The notes under the pieces were generated by a model, which had not been told where the DNA came from, did not search any database, and worked only from the letters and a program-made list of their open reading frames with translations. From assembly GCA_003216465.1 (NCBI GenBank), contig QCIU01000006.1:4967-68966 (forward strand): DNA of 64,000 nt, read 5' to 3'. Shown here piece by piece: positions 61,936 to 64,000 of this stretch. This DNA comes from Prochlorococcus sp. AG-402-N10 (GTDB taxonomy: Bacteria > Cyanobacteriota > Cyanobacteriia > PCC-6307 > Cyanobiaceae). The stretch's first letter is position 1. Each line of letters begins with the position of its first letter. A program made the position numbers and the translations under genes.

Positions 61936-62679
61936 TTGAAGAAAAAAAATCTAAAATTGAAAGTTGTCTTAGTTGAACCAAATGGGCCGATAAATGTTGG
62001 AAGTATCGCGAGATTATGTTCTAATTTTGAAGTGAATGAATTAAGAATTGTTTCTCCAAAATGTGATATTTTTTCTTTAGAGGCACGAAAAATGGCTCTA
62101 AAAGGCCAACAATATATTGATAATTGTAAAATTTTTAATAGTATTAAAAATGCAATATTTGATTGTGATTTAGTTCTTGCCACATGTGGAAGAATTGATT
62201 TAAGTAATGATGTTGAGTGCGAATCTCCTGAGGCGATATCTAAATGGATTTCAACTTTCAAAGAAATTAATAATTTAGCTATTTTATTTGGAAGAGAGGA
62301 TAGAGGTTTAAGTAATAGTGAATTACTATTTGCGCATAAGATTTTTAATATTAAGACTTCTGAATATTATCCTTCCTTAAACCTATCTCATGCCGTATCA
62401 ATAATTTTGTATGAATTAAATAAAATTTCAAAGAATAATATTAACAATGATTCAAAAGTTTTTAACCTTGCATCATCAAAACAAATTTATGAATCTTTTG
62501 CAGAACTAGAAGTATTGCTCAAGAGGACTGGGTATCTTTTGGAACACACATCCTATTCAAAAATTAGTAAATTTAAAAAATTTTTTTTAAAAGCTAAGAC
62601 ATCAAGTCATGAGATAAATATCTTGAGAGGTATTGTTCACCAAATTAATTGGTTTTTAAATAATTCAAAAGGCAATTAA
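61936..62679 (+). CDS. SpoU/TrmH-family RNA 2'-O-methyltransferase (TrmJ-like)
   Basis: LKVVLVEPNGPINVGSIARLC N-terminus, FGREDRGLSN, NLSHAVSIILYE knot region. TTG start. Confidence 0.75.
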   Translation: MKKKNLKLKVVLVEPNGPINVGSIARLCSNFEVNELRIVSPKCDIFSLEARKMALKGQQYIDNCKIFNSIKNAIFDCDLVLATCGRIDLSNDVECESPEAISKWISTFKEINNLAILFGREDRGLSNSELLFAHKIFNIKTSEYYPSLNLSHAVSIILYELNKISKNNINNDSKVFNLASSKQIYESFAELEVLLKRTGYLLEHTSYSKISKFKKFFLKAKTSSHEINILRGIVHQINWFLNNSKGN

Positions 62680-62948
62680 AATAAATATCGATTAATAAAA
62701 ATCAAGACATAGGTAAATTTTTAATTTATTAAAAACTATATTTTTGATTTTTAGATTGAATATATTCATAGCTAGCCTAATTAATTAAATAAAATTAATA
62801 TTAAATAAAATAATATGGAATCAGAAATGAATTTAAATTACAAGAGGTTATATATGTTCAAAATATTCAATTTGATGTGGATATTTACTAAAAACATTTT
62901 CTGAAGTATCATCTACTGATCATACGAAAATAAAGTAAAACTAAAGCT

Positions 62949-64000
62949 GTGAATACTACAAAGAAAAGAAGAGTTTTTCCTTTTACGGCAGTAATTGGTC
63001 AAGAAGAAATGAAATTAGCTCTTTTGTTAAATGTTATAGATCCAAGGATTGGAGGAGTAATGATTATGGGTGACAGAGGAACTGGTAAGTCTACTACTAT
63101 AAGAGCTCTTGCAGACTTGTTACCAGCAATAGATGTAGTTAAAGATGATCCTTATAACAGTTCCCTCATAGATCCTGATTTACAAAGTAAAGAAGTATTA
63201 GAAAGAATTGTTCAAGGCGAAAGTTTAGAGAAAGATAAAAAACAAGTTCCAATGGTTGATTTGCCATTGGGTGCAACGGAAGACAGACTTTGTGGAACTA
63301 TTGATATAGAAAAAGCTTTAAGCGAAGGGATTAAAGCTTTTGAACCAGGCTTATTAGCAAAGGCTAATAGAGGTTTGCTTTACGTAGACGAAGTAAATCT
63401 ACTTGACGATCACTTGGTTGATGTCCTACTAGATTCAGCAGCTTCTGGATGGAACACTGTCGAGAGAGAAGGAGTCTCCGTTAGACATCCTGCAAGATTT
63501 GTTTTGATTGGCTCTGGCAATCCAGAAGAAGGAGAACTTAGACCTCAGTTATTAGATAGGTTTGGAATGAGCGTTGAGGTTAAGACAGTAAGAGATGCAG
63601 AATTAAGGGTAAAAGTTGTTGATCAGCGAACCTCGTTTGATGATAATCCCAATGAATTCTCAAAAAGTGTTGAGAAACAGCAGGACGAACTTCAACAAAA
63701 AGTTATTAAAGCTCAAGAGATATTAAATTCAGTTCAATTGGATGATGATCTTAGGTTAAATATTTCTGCTATATGTGGCGAACTTGATGTTGATGGATTA
63801 AGAGGTGACATTGTAACTAATAGATCTGCGAGAGCCATAGCTGCTTTTGAAGGAAGGACTGAAGTACAAGAAGAGGATATCGCTAGAGTAATTACTTGTT
63901 CATTAAGGCATCGATTAAGAAAAGATCCTTTAGAGCAAGTTGACTCAGGTGAAAGGGTTATTCAAGCATTCTGCAAAATCTTCGATTTAAATGAAAAAGA
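62949..64000 (+). CDS. chlI: magnesium chelatase ATPase subunit ChlI (3' end truncated by the window)
   Basis: Hand translation from GTG 62949 gives [50 protein letters not shown]...[16 protein letters not shown].... An in-frame TAA lies at 62931-62933. Not in the ORF track because it runs off the end. Confidence 0.9.
   Translation, partial: MNTTKKRRVFPFTAVIGQEEMKLALLLNVIDPRIGGVMIMGDRGTGKSTTIRALADLLPAIDVVKDDPYNSSLIDPDLQSKEVLERIVQGESLEKDKKQVPMVDLPLGATEDRLCGTIDIEKALSEGIKAFEPGLLAKANRGLLYVDEVNLLDDHLVDVLLDSAASGWNTVEREGVSVRHPARFVLIGSGNPEEGELRPQLLDRFGMSVEVKTVRDAELRVKVVDQRTSFDDNPNEFSKSVEKQQDELQQKVIKAQEILNSVQLDDDLRLNISAICGELDVDGLRGDIVTNRSARAIAAFEGRTEVQEEDIARVITCSLRHRLRKDPLEQVDSGERVIQAFCKIFDLNEK

Noticed and set aside
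61899-62261. 120-aa minus-strand ORF across the cytM / SpoU-methyltransferase junction
   Set aside because: It overlaps two supported plus-strand genes and has no motif.
62680-62948. 269-nt AT-rich spacer upstream of chlI, containing 24-29-codon ORFs on both strands and an AAAAATCAA/TTGATTTTT inverted repeat
   Set aside because: The ORFs have no resemblance to known small photosynthetic proteins. The inverted repeat is A/T-only with a ~50-nt loop, which is not convincing as a terminator or operator.

Overview
The window reads as syntenic core chromosome of a very AT-rich marine picocyanobacterium, most like a high-light-adapted Prochlorococcus. This is inferred from composition, K/N/I-rich proteins, the photosynthetic gene content and a Yfr1-type sRNA in the guaB-trxA spacer. 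No strain can be named without a database search.

I support about 60 protein genes, one tRNA-Glu(UUC), one small regulatory RNA, and two small items missing from the >=60-aa ORF track: petG and the truncated chlI at the window end.

Main gene groups:
- DNA repair: a recC / membrane methyltransferase / recB / recD operon, plus recR and gyrA.
- RNA and protein quality control: a DEAD-box helicase and clpC.
- Cofactor synthesis: pdxJ, lipA, bioB, cbiA, folD.
- Lipid and envelope: plsC, cdsA, uppS.
- c-di-AMP: cdaA in a lysA-cdaA-uppS cluster, and a distant 7TM-HD phosphohydrolase.
- Carbon metabolism: zwf-opcA, malQ, a GH57 enzyme, prs.
- Photosynthesis and pigments: petH, petG, cytM, a psbP-like gene, ycf54, chlI, crtE, crtL, a CpcS/CpeS-like protein.
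- Clock output: sasA.

I see no rRNA, CRISPR array, transposase, integrase or recognisable defence island, and no clear-cut novel multi-gene system.

The items most worth a second look:
1. A GC-rich, Arg-rich OmpR-type regulator whose receiver lacks the acidic phospho-acceptor residues.
2. An ICMT/PEMT-like membrane methyltransferase translationally nested inside recBCD.
3. A terminator-like hairpin ending 2 nt before the DEAD-box helicase ATG.
4. An FNR with a hydrophobic N-terminal anchor where cyanobacteria normally carry a CpcD-like domain.
5. The unannotated Yfr1 and petG loci.

All functional calls rest on motif recognition by eye and need confirmation by homology search.
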